Shown: positions 31,547 through 41,658, counted from the stretch's first letter. The stretch: DNA of 64,000 nucleotides from an uncultured Gemmatimonadales bacterium (GCA_963741945.1 CAVUKA010000001.1:736001-800000), one strand, 5' to 3'. The notes: generated from the sequence alone by a model not told the origin. Translations and numbers: made by a program.

Positions 31547-31590
31547 GTCCCGCGGGAGCACGAAGTCTCCCCGCAAGTCGCCGGCCCGGC

Positions 31591-32370
31591 TCAGCCGGGG
31601 AACTCGACGGTGAGCCCGTCGTAGGCGGGGCGCACGTCGTCGGGGAGGCCGCGCTCCAGCTCGGCGTGGCGAACGCGGTGGGTCATGTGGGTGAGATACG
31701 TCCGCTCGGCGCCGATTTCGTGGGCGAGCTCCACGGCCTCTTCCACGTTCAGGTGCGTGGGGTGCGGGTTGCCGAACCAGAGGGCGTTCAGGACGAGGGT
31801 GTGGACGCCCTCGAGGGCCTCGCGCGTGCCCGGTCCGAGCGTCTTGGCGTCCGTGATGTAGCCGAGGCCGCCCACGCGGAAGCCGAACACGGTCATGGGG
31901 CCGTGCTCGACGGGGAGGGCGCGGAAATCGAACGGGCCGACCGCCACGTGGTCGAGGGCGTCGAAGGAGCGGAGCCGCAGCTCCGGTTTGGTGGTGCCGG
32001 ATGGGGGTCGGAAGTCGCTGAAGATGTAGCCGAAGCGCTGCTCCAGCAGGTGGCGGCACTCGGCGCCGGCGAACACGTCCAGGCGACGGCGGCGGTGCGC
32101 CGAGATCGCCCGCAGGTCATCCACGCCGTGGATGTGGTCGGCGTGGCAATGCGTGATCCAGACGGCGTCGATGGCGCCGACGCCGGCGCCGGTGAGCTGG
32201 AGCCGGAGCTCCACCGGCGTATCCACCAGCACGGTTCCGCGCTCGTCGTGCACCAGGACGGCGTGGCGCGTGCGGTGGTCTCGCGGGTCGTCGGACGTGC
32301 ACGTGGGGCAGCGGCAGCCGATGACCGGGATCCCGAAGGATGTGCCCGTGCCCAGGAACGTCAGCTTCAC
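31591..32370 (-). CDS. MBL-fold metallo-hydrolase, PhnP-like
   Basis: LGTGTSFGIPVIGC.C..C.S, THCHADH, YITD, THMTH, AYDG. Confidence 0.9.
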   Translation of the reverse strand: MKLTFLGTGTSFGIPVIGCRCPTCTSDDPRDHRTRHAVLVHDERGTVLVDTPVELRLQLTGAGVGAIDAVWITHCHADHIHGVDDLRAISAHRRRRLDVFAGAECRHLLEQRFGYIFSDFRPPSGTTKPELRLRSFDALDHVAVGPFDFRALPVEHGPMTVFGFRVGGLGYITDAKTLGPGTREALEGVHTLVLNALWFGNPHPTHLNVEEAVELAHEIGAERTYLTHMTHRVRHAELERGLPDDVRPAYDGLTVEFPG

Positions 32371-33800
32371 AGCGCCTCGATGCGAAGGAGGTTCGTGGAT
32401 CCGACGGTCATGAAGAAGGGGACGCCGGCGGTGACGGGGACGCGATCGCCCGGCGAGGCGAGGCCCATGGCGAGGATGGCCTGCCGGGCGCAGGCGAAGA
32501 TCTCGTCGTAATTGGGCTCGCCTTCGATCCGGCAGAGCACGGGGCGCACGCCCCAGACCAGCCCGAGCTGCCGGTACACCTTCAGGTTGTTGCACACCCC
32601 GATCACGGGCACGGGCGGACGGTAGCTGGACACCAGCCGCGACGTGAAGCCGCTGCGGGTGAGCGTCACGATGATGGGCGCGCCGAGGAGTCGCACCGCT
32701 TCGACGGTGGCGGCGGCAATGGCGTGCTCCGTGGGCGTGGCGCCGGAGCGGAGGTGGTCCGACGTGGGCATGTCGTACTTGGGACCTTCGGCGAACGCCG
32801 GCGTTCTCTCGATGGCGCGAGCGATCCGCACCATGGCCTCCACGGCCAGGACCGGGTGCTTCCCCATGGCCGTCTCGCCGGAAAGCATCACCGCATCGGT
32901 GCCATCGAAGAGCGCGTTCGCCACGTCGCTGGCTTCGGCCCGCGTGGGCCGCTCGTTCTCCATCATGGATTCCAGCATCTGTGTGGCGGTGATCACCGGC
33001 CGCGCGTGCAGGTTGGCCGACTGGATGATGCGTTTCTGCGCGACGGGCACCTGCTCGAACGGGAGCTCCACGCCCAGGTCGCCCCGCGCAACCATGACCG
33101 CGTCCGTCCGCTCCAGGATCTCGTCCAGGTGCTCGAGGGCCACGTCCTTCTCGATCTTCGCCACGATCAGGATGTCGTCCGGGATCAGGGAGCGGAGCTC
33201 GTCCAGGTCCGTTGGCCGCTGCACGAACGAGAGCCCGATGAAGTCGACGCCGGCCTCCACCGCCATGGCCAGGTCCGTGCGATCCTTGGCCGTCAGCGCC
33301 GGCGTGCTCACGCGGACGCCCGGGAGATTGATGCCCTTGTTCGGCAGGAGCAGCCCGCCCCGGAGCACGGTGGCCCGGACGCGGGGCGCCTCGCTCGCGA
33401 CGACGCTCAGCTCCAGCTTGCCGTCGTCCAGGAGGACGTGGTCGCCGGGGCCCAGGTCGTCGGCCAGCTCCGGGTAGGTGGTGGGGATCTCGTCGCCCGT
33501 CGCTCCGGCCTCCGGAGCGAGCACGACCGTGTGCCCTTCCTCCAGGGTGACGGCCGCGCGCATGGCGCCGACCCGGATCTTGGGACCCGCCAGGTCGGCC
33601 AGCACCGCGATCGGGACGTCCATCCGCGCGGCCAGCTCGCGGACCCAGCCGATCACGCGCCGGTGCTCGTCATGGGTGCCATGGGCCATGTTGATCCGGA
33701 TCACGTTCACGCCTGCCCGGCAAATGGCCTCGATCCCGTCCCGCGACGACGTGGCCGGCCCCACCGTGGCCACGACCTTCGTCCTGAGTGCTTCCGTCAT
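32367..33800 (-). CDS. pyk: pyruvate kinase
   Basis: TKVVATVGP, AKIE, MVARGDLGVE, TQMLESM, PTRAE, MLSGETA. Confidence 0.97.
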   Translation of the reverse strand: MTEALRTKVVATVGPATSSRDGIEAICRAGVNVIRINMAHGTHDEHRRVIGWVRELAARMDVPIAVLADLAGPKIRVGAMRAAVTLEEGHTVVLAPEAGATGDEIPTTYPELADDLGPGDHVLLDDGKLELSVVASEAPRVRATVLRGGLLLPNKGINLPGVRVSTPALTAKDRTDLAMAVEAGVDFIGLSFVQRPTDLDELRSLIPDDILIVAKIEKDVALEHLDEILERTDAVMVARGDLGVELPFEQVPVAQKRIIQSANLHARPVITATQMLESMMENERPTRAEASDVANALFDGTDAVMLSGETAMGKHPVLAVEAMVRIARAIERTPAFAEGPKYDMPTSDHLRSGATPTEHAIAAATVEAVRLLGAPIIVTLTRSGFTSRLVSSYRPPVPVIGVCNNLKVYRQLGLVWGVRPVLCRIEGEPNYDEIFACARQAILAMGLASPGDRVPVTAGVPFFMTVGSTNLLRIEAL

Positions 33801-35411
33801 CCGTCCCCCCACACGACCTCGCCGCCGACCACCGTGACCACCGCCCGCATCTCCAGCAGCGCCTCCGGCGCCATGCCCAGGGGGTCACCGTCCCAGGCGA
33901 CGAAGTCGGCGAACGTCCCCGGGGCGAGCCGCCCCTGGCGGCCATCTCCCGCTGCACGGGCCGCGCCGGCGGTGTAGCCGGCCAGCGCCCGAACGGCCGG
34001 GATTCGCTCGTCCGGGTGCCACCCGTCGGCCGGCTCGCCCGCCAGATCGCGCCGGGTCACTGCGGCGTAGAGCCCGTGACGGGGATCGGGGGGCTCCACC
34101 GGCGCATCCGATCCCAGCGCCAGCGTGGCGCCGGCCGCTTCCAGCGAGCGGAAGGGGTACGCGTCGCGCGCCCGGTCCCCCCAGTGACGGTCGGCCGCCC
34201 GCCAGTCGGTCATCAGAATGCGACGGCTGGACGGAGCAGATCGCGCTGCGCAGCGTCGGGTGTGGCGCCGATCCCAGATGGTCGCGGCGGATCAACTGGG
34301 CGTGCTCGATCCGGTGCGGCACCGGCCCGGTGAGGGAGCCGCCCTCGGCGTGCAGCACGTCCAGCACCAGGTCGTTGGCGGCGTCGCCGATGGCGTGGAC
34401 GGTCATGGCCAGGCCCGCCGCCGAGCCCCGGCGCACGGCGGCGCGGAACTCGTCGGGCGGGAGCGTGGAGACGCCCCGGTCGTCATCGGTGCCCTCGTAC
34501 GGAGCACGCATCCACGCGGTCCGGGAGCCGAGCGCGCCGTCCAGGAACATCTTGATCCCGCCGACCCGCAGCCAGTCACCGCCGAAGCCGCTGCGCAGGC
34601 CCAGGCGGATGGCCTCGTCCAGCTTCGCCAGTGGCAGGTGCTGGAGGACGCGCAGGCGGAGCTCGTCGGAGGCGCGTGCCATTTCCAGCAGCCCCAGCGA
34701 ATCCGGTTCCACCGTATGCACGCCCGTGACACCCAGGCGGTGCAGCGCGGCCTGGCCCGCCAGAAGCGCGTCGCGCCGCTCCCGTTCGGTTGCCGCGGGC
34801 GCGGCGGCCGTGAGAAGCGGGACGGCGTTGTCGCGCAGGACGCCCGTCGGCTCGCCACTGGCGTCCCTCACGATGCGACCGCCGGCGGGGGATGGCGTAT
34901 CGCGATCGATGCCGGCCAGGCGAAGCGCCGCGCTGCTGGCCCAGACCGAGTGCATGTCGTGGCTGTGCAGCAGCACCGGGCGGCCGGGGAGCGCCGCATC
35001 GAGGTGACGGCGGTGCGGCGGCGCCTTCCAGCGGTGCGGATCCCAGCCCCGGCCGACCACCCAGCCCGAAGCGTCGCCGGTGCGTCCCTGCCCCCCGGCG
35101 AGCGCGTGCTCGGCCACGCGTGTGGCGGCTTGCTCGGGCGACGTGGTGATCGTGAGATCCACGGCGAGAAGCGACAGCGCCCATTCCACCAGGTGGACGT
35201 GTGCGTCCGTGAGCCCCGGCGTGATCGTGAGGTTCGGAAGATCCAGGCGCCGGGCATCGCCGGCCATCGCCTCCAGCTGGTGGCCATCGCCCACGGCCAG
35301 AACACGACCATCGCGCACCAGCACGGCGCCGGCGGGAGCCGCATCGGTGCCCGGGGCCGCGTGGACGCGGGAGGCCCGGATCAGGAGCATGGGTTTGGAG
35401 TCCGTCGCCAT
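33797..35411 (-). CDS. amidohydrolase, YtcJ-like (frameshift near 34217)
   Basis: PGLTDAHVH, KMFLDGALGSRTA, HAIGD, RIEHAQ, then GSDAPV...YT...ADFV in another frame. Confidence 0.85.
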
Positions 35412-35582
35412 GGCCGTGACCGATCGTTCGGGGAGCGCCGGACCGCGCGCGGTGGAAAACCGGGGCGTCAGACCGTACCTTGTCGCGTCCCTGCGCGGGA
35501 GCGGCGCGATCTCGGGCGAAATCGTACCAGCGCCGCCCGGCGCGCGCAAACAGGCAGACTCCTTGCACCACCACCGGCCCGA

Positions 35583-36725
35583 ATGCAGCTGATCGGAAAC
35601 ATACGCGAGCTGGAAACCCTGGCGGACCGCCTGGCGGGCGAGCCGCTCGTCGCCGCGGACACGGAAGCAGCCGGGTACCACCGTTACCTCGACTCGCTGT
35701 GCCTCGTGCAGCTGTCCACGCGCCACGAGACGTGGCTCGTGGACACGGTGGCACTCGGGTCACTGAACCCGCTGGCCGACGTCTTCGAGGACCCGGCCGT
35801 GGAGATCCTGTTCCACGACGCCGACTACGACCTCCGACTGCTGGACCGCGACTTCGGCATGCATGTCGCCGGCCTGTTCGACACCAAGATCGCCGCGCGT
35901 TTCGTGGGCGAGCGATCGTTCGGGCTCGCCAGCCTGCTGGAAGACGAGCTCGGGATCGCGCTGGAAAAGAAGTACCAGCGCGCCGACTGGGCCCGACGTC
36001 CGCTCCCGGAGGACATGCTGGAATACGCCGCCATGGACACGCGCTACCTCCCCCAGCTCCGGGACGTGCTCCGGTCCCGCCTGGAGGAGATGGGACGACT
36101 GGCCTGGGCCGAGGAGGAGTTCCGCATCACCGAGAAGACGCGCTGGGAACCGCCCGACGATGCCGACCCGGCGTTCCTGCGCATCAAGGGCACGCGCGAC
36201 CTCGACGGCCGCGGCCTGGCCGCGCTGCGGGAGCTGTACGCGTGGCGCGAACAGGTGGCGGAGGAGCGCGACGTGGCCCCCTTCCGCGTCCTCAACAACG
36301 AGGCCCTGGTGGAGGTGGCCCGGAGCATGCCCCACCGCACGCAGGAGCTCGACGACGTGCAGCGGCTCTCGGCGGGGAACGCCCGCCGGTACGGCGACGC
36401 CCTCGTGGCCGCCGTCGAGCGCGCCCGGGCTCTCCCGGACTCCGAGCTCCCGGAGCGGCCGCGACCCCCGCGGCGACCCCCGCGGGATCCGGAGTTCGAA
36501 CGGGAGGTGGACCGGCTGAAGAAGGCGCGGGACCAGCAGGCCCAGCGACTGGGGCTCGACCGGGGTTTCCTCATGCCCCGCTCACAGCTCGAAGCGGTGG
36601 CACGGACGCGGCCTGGCTCCCTCGAGGCGCTCGCGGGAGTCGACGGCATGCGAGAATGGCAGGTGGAAGCCCTCGGGGGCGCCCTCCTGGAAGAGCTGCA
36701 CGGGAACGGAACGAGAGAGAACTAG
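35583..36725 (+). CDS. rnd: ribonuclease D (3'-5' exonuclease with HRDC domains)
   Basis: ADTE, LCLVQLST, HDADYD, FDTKIAA, DWARRPL...YAAMD, WREQVAEERD. Confidence 0.9.
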   Translation: MQLIGNIRELETLADRLAGEPLVAADTEAAGYHRYLDSLCLVQLSTRHETWLVDTVALGSLNPLADVFEDPAVEILFHDADYDLRLLDRDFGMHVAGLFDTKIAARFVGERSFGLASLLEDELGIALEKKYQRADWARRPLPEDMLEYAAMDTRYLPQLRDVLRSRLEEMGRLAWAEEEFRITEKTRWEPPDDADPAFLRIKGTRDLDGRGLAALRELYAWREQVAEERDVAPFRVLNNEALVEVARSMPHRTQELDDVQRLSAGNARRYGDALVAAVERARALPDSELPERPRPPRRPPRDPEFEREVDRLKKARDQQAQRLGLDRGFLMPRSQLEAVARTRPGSLEALAGVDGMREWQVEALGGALLEELHGNGTREN

Positions 36726-36739
36726 AACGCGGAGGCCTC

Positions 36740-37117
36740 ATGGGCGCGGATATTGTCGAGCGCGGCGACATCTCGGTCTACCTGGTCGCGGGTGTGCCGA
36801 AGAGCTTCAAACGGAAGCTGCAGAAGTTCGTGGAGAATGAAGCCAAGGAAGATGGCGACGTCTACATGCTGGATGACGAGCTGTCGGAATGGGTCATCTC
36901 GCACATCCGGAACGAGAAGCGCGGCGGCCGCGACCGCACGCCCGCTTCCGCGGCCCTGTGGCGCGCCTACGCCGCCCTCAGCGCCGCGCGCTACCACCTC
37001 CAGCATTCGCCTGCAGAGGAAGAACGCGTGCGGACGCTGCGCAACCAGGTCGAGGACATCTGGCGCGAGCTCAGCCCCATGTTCGACGAGGAGGGCGAGC
37101 CCGAGCTGGAGGGCTGA
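36740..37117 (+). CDS. hypothetical protein
   Basis: GGAGG RBS, normal codon usage, MGADIVERGD... Confidence 0.7.
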   Translation: MGADIVERGDISVYLVAGVPKSFKRKLQKFVENEAKEDGDVYMLDDELSEWVISHIRNEKRGGRDRTPASAALWRAYAALSAARYHLQHSPAEEERVRTLRNQVEDIWRELSPMFDEEGEPELEG

Positions 37118-37155
37118 GCCGCCAGGGCCGGAGGGGCCCGGGTCGCCTGCCTGTC

Positions 37156-37180
37156 GGGTTCTGTTTGCGGGAGTTGTTGG
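37156..37180 (+). repeat. solo copy of 25-bp IS1595-end-like motif
   Basis: GGGTTCTGTTTGCGGGAGTTGTTGG between convergent genes; 37151-37180 matches 46277-46306 at 29/30. Confidence 0.85.
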
Positions 37181-37199
37181 CTGGCCGCCCGCCCACCCG

Positions 37200-37703
37200 C
37201 TACGGCATCGGCAGCGCGCCCCCGCCGCCACGCCACGGGTCGAAGCCGAACGTGTAGTAGTCGCTCGGGCGGCCCGTCACCGCTTCCGCGGCCTCGCCGA
37301 GTCGCGCCACCGTGTCTCCGTCCTCGCCGGCACCTTCCGCCGCGGCCTGGATCGACACCAGCAGCTCGCGCACGTCATCCGGCCGAAGCAGCACGTACGA
37401 CCGAGGGTCCTCCGCCTCGCCGCGCCGGTGGACGACGAGCTCCACCTGGTCCGCGTCCGCCGAGAGCTTCCATACGTCGTTCGTTTTCTTCAGCAGCTTG
37501 TCCGACGTCTTCACCTCGGCGTGCACCGCCTTCACCAGGCGCTTCACGTCCACATCCGCGCCCTCGCCCCTGCGCGCGCCGAAGCGCTGCCCCAGCTCAC
37601 GCGGGTCGCTGTCCTCCGCCCGGGACACCGCCCGGTTCATTAGCCCGCCCACCTGGGCGTAGATCCCGACCACGAGCGGGACGGGGTCGATTACGATCCG
37701 CAT
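37200..37703 (-). CDS. hypothetical protein
   Basis: AGGAGA RBS, normal codon usage. Confidence 0.7.
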   Translation of the reverse strand: MRIVIDPVPLVVGIYAQVGGLMNRAVSRAEDSDPRELGQRFGARRGEGADVDVKRLVKAVHAEVKTSDKLLKKTNDVWKLSADADQVELVVHRRGEAEDPRSYVLLRPDDVRELLVSIQAAAEGAGEDGDTVARLGEAAEAVTGRPSDYYTFGFDPWRGGGGALPMP

Positions 37704-37977
37704 TGAGACTGTCTCCTTGTTCCGCTTCCATCATCCTTACGACGTCGACCGCCGGACCACGACCACCCCACTGAGGCCGCGCCACCACGGCCACTCCACA
37801 CCGGCCAGTCCCATTCATCGACCGTCCTGCGCCGGCCGCCCCACAGTCTGGCGGCCGACGCCTCGCTCGTCCAGGCAGCGGGGTGGCGCGCGGCACCCCG
37901 CCCGCTCATCTTTTCCTGCCGCCAGTGGGCCCGGACGCGCCGGTTCCGCCCCACGCAAGACTTCTGCAAGGAACAGC

Positions 37978-38418
37978 ATGAAGCGTACACCCGCCCTCGT
38001 CATCGCCTGCGCGGCCGCACTCACGCTGTCGGCGTGCAAGGACGTTGGTCTGGACGTCAACATCCCCGTGGAGGAAGCCGCCACGCGGCCGCAGTCGCAG
38101 CTGATGGCGGCGGTCCACGCTCCGCCGCGAACGCCGGTTCCCCCCATCGTGATCGACGGGCGGCGCTGGGTGGCCTCGGGCTTCCCCCTGCAGCTCGTTG
38201 CGCGGGATCTACAGCCGATCGGCGCCGCGACCGGGGAGACCGTGTACGCGCGGAAATGGGACTCCGCACCCTACGACGAGGTGTTCACCCAGGCCCCGCC
38301 GGACGTGGCCGCTTCGGGAACCACCGCGCTCGAGGCCATCATCCACCCGCGGCCGTGGCTGTCCTACGCGCCGGTGGTGGGAAGGACCGGGCCAGTCCCC
38401 GCTCGGGCCGGAGACTGA
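37978..38418 (+). CDS. hypothetical lipoprotein
   Basis: MKRTPALVIACAAALTLSAC lipobox. Confidence 0.75.
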   Translation: MKRTPALVIACAAALTLSACKDVGLDVNIPVEEAATRPQSQLMAAVHAPPRTPVPPIVIDGRRWVASGFPLQLVARDLQPIGAATGETVYARKWDSAPYDEVFTQAPPDVAASGTTALEAIIHPRPWLSYAPVVGRTGPVPARAGD

Positions 38419-38427
38419 CCGCCCGCT

Positions 38428-38556
38428 GCGGCGGGGCCGGGCGGCGCGGAGCCGGGCGGCGGGGGGGCGGGCGGCGCGGGGCCGGGCGGCGCGGGGCCGG
38501 GCGGCGCGGGGCCGGGCGGCGCGGGGCCGGGCGGCGCGGGGCCGGGCGGCGCGGGG
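38428..38556. repeat. 15-bp tandem repeat (GCGGCGCGGGGCCGG), about 8 copies
   Basis: Five perfect copies at 38471-38545 plus degenerate flanking copies. Confidence 0.92.
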
Positions 38557-38591
38557 AAGTCGGCGAGGGGGAGGGCGGGTGGCCGCTCGCG

Positions 38592-38924
38592 CTATGCGCC
38601 AGCCTCGCGCTCGAGCGCCGAGCGGGAGACCGCGTGGTGCGATCCGTGCCACACCACGGCGCCTGAGCGCAGCAACAGCGCCTGCGGCGACGCGTGGCGG
38701 ACGCCGAGTTCCCGCTCGACGGCTCGCGACAGCGGTCGATCGCGAACCACATCCACTTCGTAGATCGGCACGTCCGGGTGTGCTGCGGCGAACGCCAGGA
38801 CTTCGCGGCGAGCCATGGAGGAGACGCCGCACAGTGGGCTGTGCTTGTAGATGAGCGCCAGCGGCTCGCGCAGCGCCTCGGCCAGTCCGCTTTCCGTCGT
38901 CAGCCGCTTCGGCTCCCCAGCCAC
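38592..38924 (-). CDS. ytxJ: bacillithiol system redox-active protein YtxJ-like
   Basis: IYKHSPLCGVS, RPLSRAV...GVRHASPQ, WHGSH. Confidence 0.8.
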   Translation of the reverse strand: MAGEPKRLTTESGLAEALREPLALIYKHSPLCGVSSMARREVLAFAAAHPDVPIYEVDVVRDRPLSRAVERELGVRHASPQALLLRSGAVVWHGSHHAVSRSALEREAGA

Positions 38925-38963
38925 ACGTCCCTCCGCTCTGCGGCGGCGGCCGTCCGGCCGCCC

Positions 38964-39305
38964 TTAGTCGCCGATGTCGAACAGGATGCTGTCGGACGAC
39001 GAGCCGGGTTTCCGCTCGCGCGCGCCACTCCCGGGCTCCGGGTCACCGGAGCCGGGCGGGAGCGTCCTCTCTTCCTGCCGCCGCGCCACCAGCCGCTCGA
39101 GGAAACGTTGCTGGTCCTGCAGGTCGTCGAGGCGCGCCTCGAGGCGCGTGAGCGCGGTTTCGATCCGCTCCATGTCCACGGCCGGCAGCGAGGGCTCCCG
39201 TCGGCTCTCCAGCGTCCGGTGGTCCCGACCGATCCACTGGAGCCCCCGCACGAGCACGAGGACGCCGGCCACGATCGTAAAAACGAACATCATGAATCCG
39301 ATCAC
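38964..39305 (-). CDS. small membrane-anchored coiled-coil protein
   Basis: N-terminal TM, RLEARLDDLQDQQRFLERL. Confidence 0.65.
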   Translation of the reverse strand: MIGFMMFVFTIVAGVLVLVRGLQWIGRDHRTLESRREPSLPAVDMERIETALTRLEARLDDLQDQQRFLERLVARRQEERTLPPGSGDPEPGSGARERKPGSSSDSILFDIGD

Positions 39306-39353
39306 GTTTCCTCCGGCGCTGCGGCTTCCGCTCTCCCGCGTCCGCGGTTCGCG

Positions 39354-39632
39354 CTAGAACAGCTTCCCACCAAGCGACGGCTCCTTGTCCGTGCGCGTGC
39401 CCAGCTTCACGAACGTGGCGATACGCGCGGTCCCTTCCGCGTGCAGCGTCTCGTGAACCCGCTGGATCGCTGCCAGGATGTCGCCGAGCTCGCCTTCCAT
39501 GTTGGTGCCGTTCGCGTGCAGCTCGACGTGCACCCCGGATCCGGCGAGGATCTGGTGGGCCCGCTTCACTTCGGCGCGCACCGACACGCCCGCCCCGATG
39601 GGGATCACCTGTACTTCCGCCGTCGCCTTCAT
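39354..39632 (-). CDS. MTH1187/YkoF thiamine-binding family protein
   Basis: VIPIGAGVSV, HANGTNMEGE, GTRTDK. Confidence 0.85.
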   Translation of the reverse strand: MKATAEVQVIPIGAGVSVRAEVKRAHQILAGSGVHVELHANGTNMEGELGDILAAIQRVHETLHAEGTARIATFVKLGTRTDKEPSLGGKLF

Positions 39633-39647
39633 CGCCGCACCATCAGC

Positions 39648-39818
39648 TCAGGCGACGGGGGGCGTCAGCACCAGGAGCACCGCCAGCGGCGCCTTCCCGC
39701 CCCCGGGATCCTGGTCCGGTTTCGGCGTCGGGTCCCGTTGCGGGCCCGTTGTGTCCCTGCACGCGGTCACGCCGGCCCCCAGCACGAGGGCCATCGCCAG
39801 CACGAGAGTCCGCTTCAT
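39648..39818 (-). CDS. small lipoprotein
   Basis: MKRTLVLAMALVLGAGVTAC, GGAGG RBS, ATGA overlap with upstream gene. Confidence 0.6.
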   Translation of the reverse strand: MKRTLVLAMALVLGAGVTACRDTTGPQRDPTPKPDQDPGGGKAPLAVLLVLTPPVA

Positions 39819-40594
39819 GCTTCCGCCTCCGCGCGGAAGACGAGACTGCAGCACGTCACACCCGCCTCCGCTTTCTCGAGTTCCGATACATCCACTGAAA
39901 CCTGCCTGGAAACGCCCGCCGCGGCAATCCGGTCCGCGGTCCGCGGATGGCCTGCGGCCAGGAGCACGGCGTCGCCCACGCGCAGCACGTTGGCGGCGAC
40001 GGGCTCCCCCGCGGCCACCTCTACAACGCGCAGGTCGCGGAACGTGCGACGATCCACCCAGTCGGGGTTCAGCACCACCATGTCGTCCGCGGCGACCGAG
40101 ACGGCAGACTTCAGGTGCAGGCAGCCGCGCACCGGGACGCGCCTCACCTGGTACCCGAACGGCTCCAGCGTCTCCTGGAGCTGGCGCGCGCCCTCCAGGT
40201 CGGTCCGCTCCGACGCCCCCACGAACACGAGGTTTCCGACCACCAGCACGTCACCGCCATCGACACGCCCGGGGGCCTCGATGTGGCGAACGGTGCGGTG
40301 GCGCGCCAGCGCCTCCGCCACTCCTGTGACCTCCCCCCTCCGCGAAAGGGCGCCCGGCCGGGTCACGACGGCCACCTCGTCCACCACCACGGCCACATCC
40401 TCGACGAACACGCTGTCGGGGTGATCCGGCGCATCCGGCAGCCGCCGCACTTCACAGCCGAGATCGCGCAGCGCCCGTTCGTACGTCGCGTGCTGGGCGC
40501 GGGCGACCTCGAGGTCGATCGGCTCGCGGGGCAGGTGCGTCAGCTCGCACTCGGCGAGGCGCGGGCTCACCGCGCGCGTGTATGCGATCCACAT
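39815..40594 (-). CDS. dimethylargininase (DDAH / amidinotransferase family)
   Basis: PDSVFVED, SRRGE, DGGDVL, LHLKS, EKAEAGVTCCS. Confidence 0.92.
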   Translation of the reverse strand: MWIAYTRAVSPRLAECELTHLPREPIDLEVARAQHATYERALRDLGCEVRRLPDAPDHPDSVFVEDVAVVVDEVAVVTRPGALSRRGEVTGVAEALARHRTVRHIEAPGRVDGGDVLVVGNLVFVGASERTDLEGARQLQETLEPFGYQVRRVPVRGCLHLKSAVSVAADDMVVLNPDWVDRRTFRDLRVVEVAAGEPVAANVLRVGDAVLLAAGHPRTADRIAAAGVSRQVSVDVSELEKAEAGVTCCSLVFRAEAEA

Positions 40595-40620
40595 GGCTCC
40601 CTCCGCTTCCACGTCCGTGC

Positions 40621-41160
40621 TCATCCGCCAGCCGTTAAACGCGCGTCACCCAGCCGGTACACGCTGATGGTCGCGTCGCCCACACGGTGCCGCTCGGCGG
40701 AGCCGGGCAGATGATGGTCGGCGGCGTGCTCCACGGCCAGCACGGTCGCGAATGGGACATCGATCCAGCGCTCCACCAGCCGGTCCGTCTGGCGGGAGCC
40801 GTACGGCGGGTCGGCCAGCACCAGCTCGTAGGCGTGGGGAGAAAGCATGAACGCGAATCGGAGGGCATCGCGCTTGAACACCCGCGCCCGCGATTTCGCG
40901 CGCAGCGCGGCGACGTTCGCCTTCAGCGCGTGCAGCGTCGAGGGATTGTTCTCGACGAAGTCCACCGACGCGGCGCCGCGCGAAAGCGCCTCGAGCCCGA
41001 CGGCCCCCGTCCCGGCGTAGAGCTCCAGCACACGGGCGCCCGCCAGGTCCGGCTGCAGCAGCTCGACCCACCGGTCGCGCACCGCTTCCGCCGTCGGACG
41101 GACCCGTCCGGCCGGGGACGTGAGGTCCGTCCCCGCCCACTTCCCGGCAATGATCCTCAC
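40621..41160 (-). CDS. rsmD: RsmD family rRNA methyltransferase
   Basis: MRIIAG, RPT...VR, LYAGTGAVGLEALSRGA, DPPY. Confidence 0.85.
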   Translation of the reverse strand: MRIIAGKWAGTDLTSPAGRVRPTAEAVRDRWVELLQPDLAGARVLELYAGTGAVGLEALSRGAASVDFVENNPSTLHALKANVAALRAKSRARVFKRDALRFAFMLSPHAYELVLADPPYGSRQTDRLVERWIDVPFATVLAVEHAADHHLPGSAERHRVGDATISVYRLGDARLTAGG

Positions 41161-41519
41161 CGGGCGCGGAGCCCGTTGCGGTGCAGCGACAGCGCAGCTT
41201 CGAACCGCTCGCGCGCCTCCGCTTCCGTCTCACCTGTCGCCACGCAGCCGGGGAAGCCGTCGGCGTGTGCCGAAAAACCGGTCCGCGTCGCTTCGAGAAC
41301 AGGTGCGGCCTCCGCGTCCGGGTCCACCGGAGGCGCCGCCCCGGCCGCGCGCGAGCGGGCGGCATCGGCCGCCTGCGGGCCCAGCTCGTGGGTGTGCCCC
41401 ACCCAGACGGTGACCACGCCGGGCCTGTCCCCATGGACGTACTGGCGGCAGGCGCCTTCGGTGTCGCCCAGGTACCAGCCGTCGTCCTTCAAGCTCTTCA
41501 GCAGGTGTCGACCTTCCAT
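41157..41519 (-). CDS. HicA-like/HicB-like fusion protein
   Basis: N-half LKSLKDDGWYL...GACRQYVHGDRPGVVTV (HicA-like); C-half LEATRTGFSAHADGFPGCVATGETEAEARERFEAALSLH (HicB-like). Confidence 0.75.
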   Translation of the reverse strand: MEGRHLLKSLKDDGWYLGDTEGACRQYVHGDRPGVVTVWVGHTHELGPQAADAARSRAAGAAPPVDPDAEAAPVLEATRTGFSAHADGFPGCVATGETEAEARERFEAALSLHRNGLRAR

Positions 41520-41658
41520 GGTCCGGAATATAGGGGGGCGCCGCACCGATGGGCGAGCCCGGCGCGGCCGGCGGGGAGAGCGTCCGGGGGGCGGGAAGGC
41601 GCCGGGGTTGAAATGCGGGAAGCGGCCGGCGCAGACCGCCACCCGCCGGCAGCCGCGC

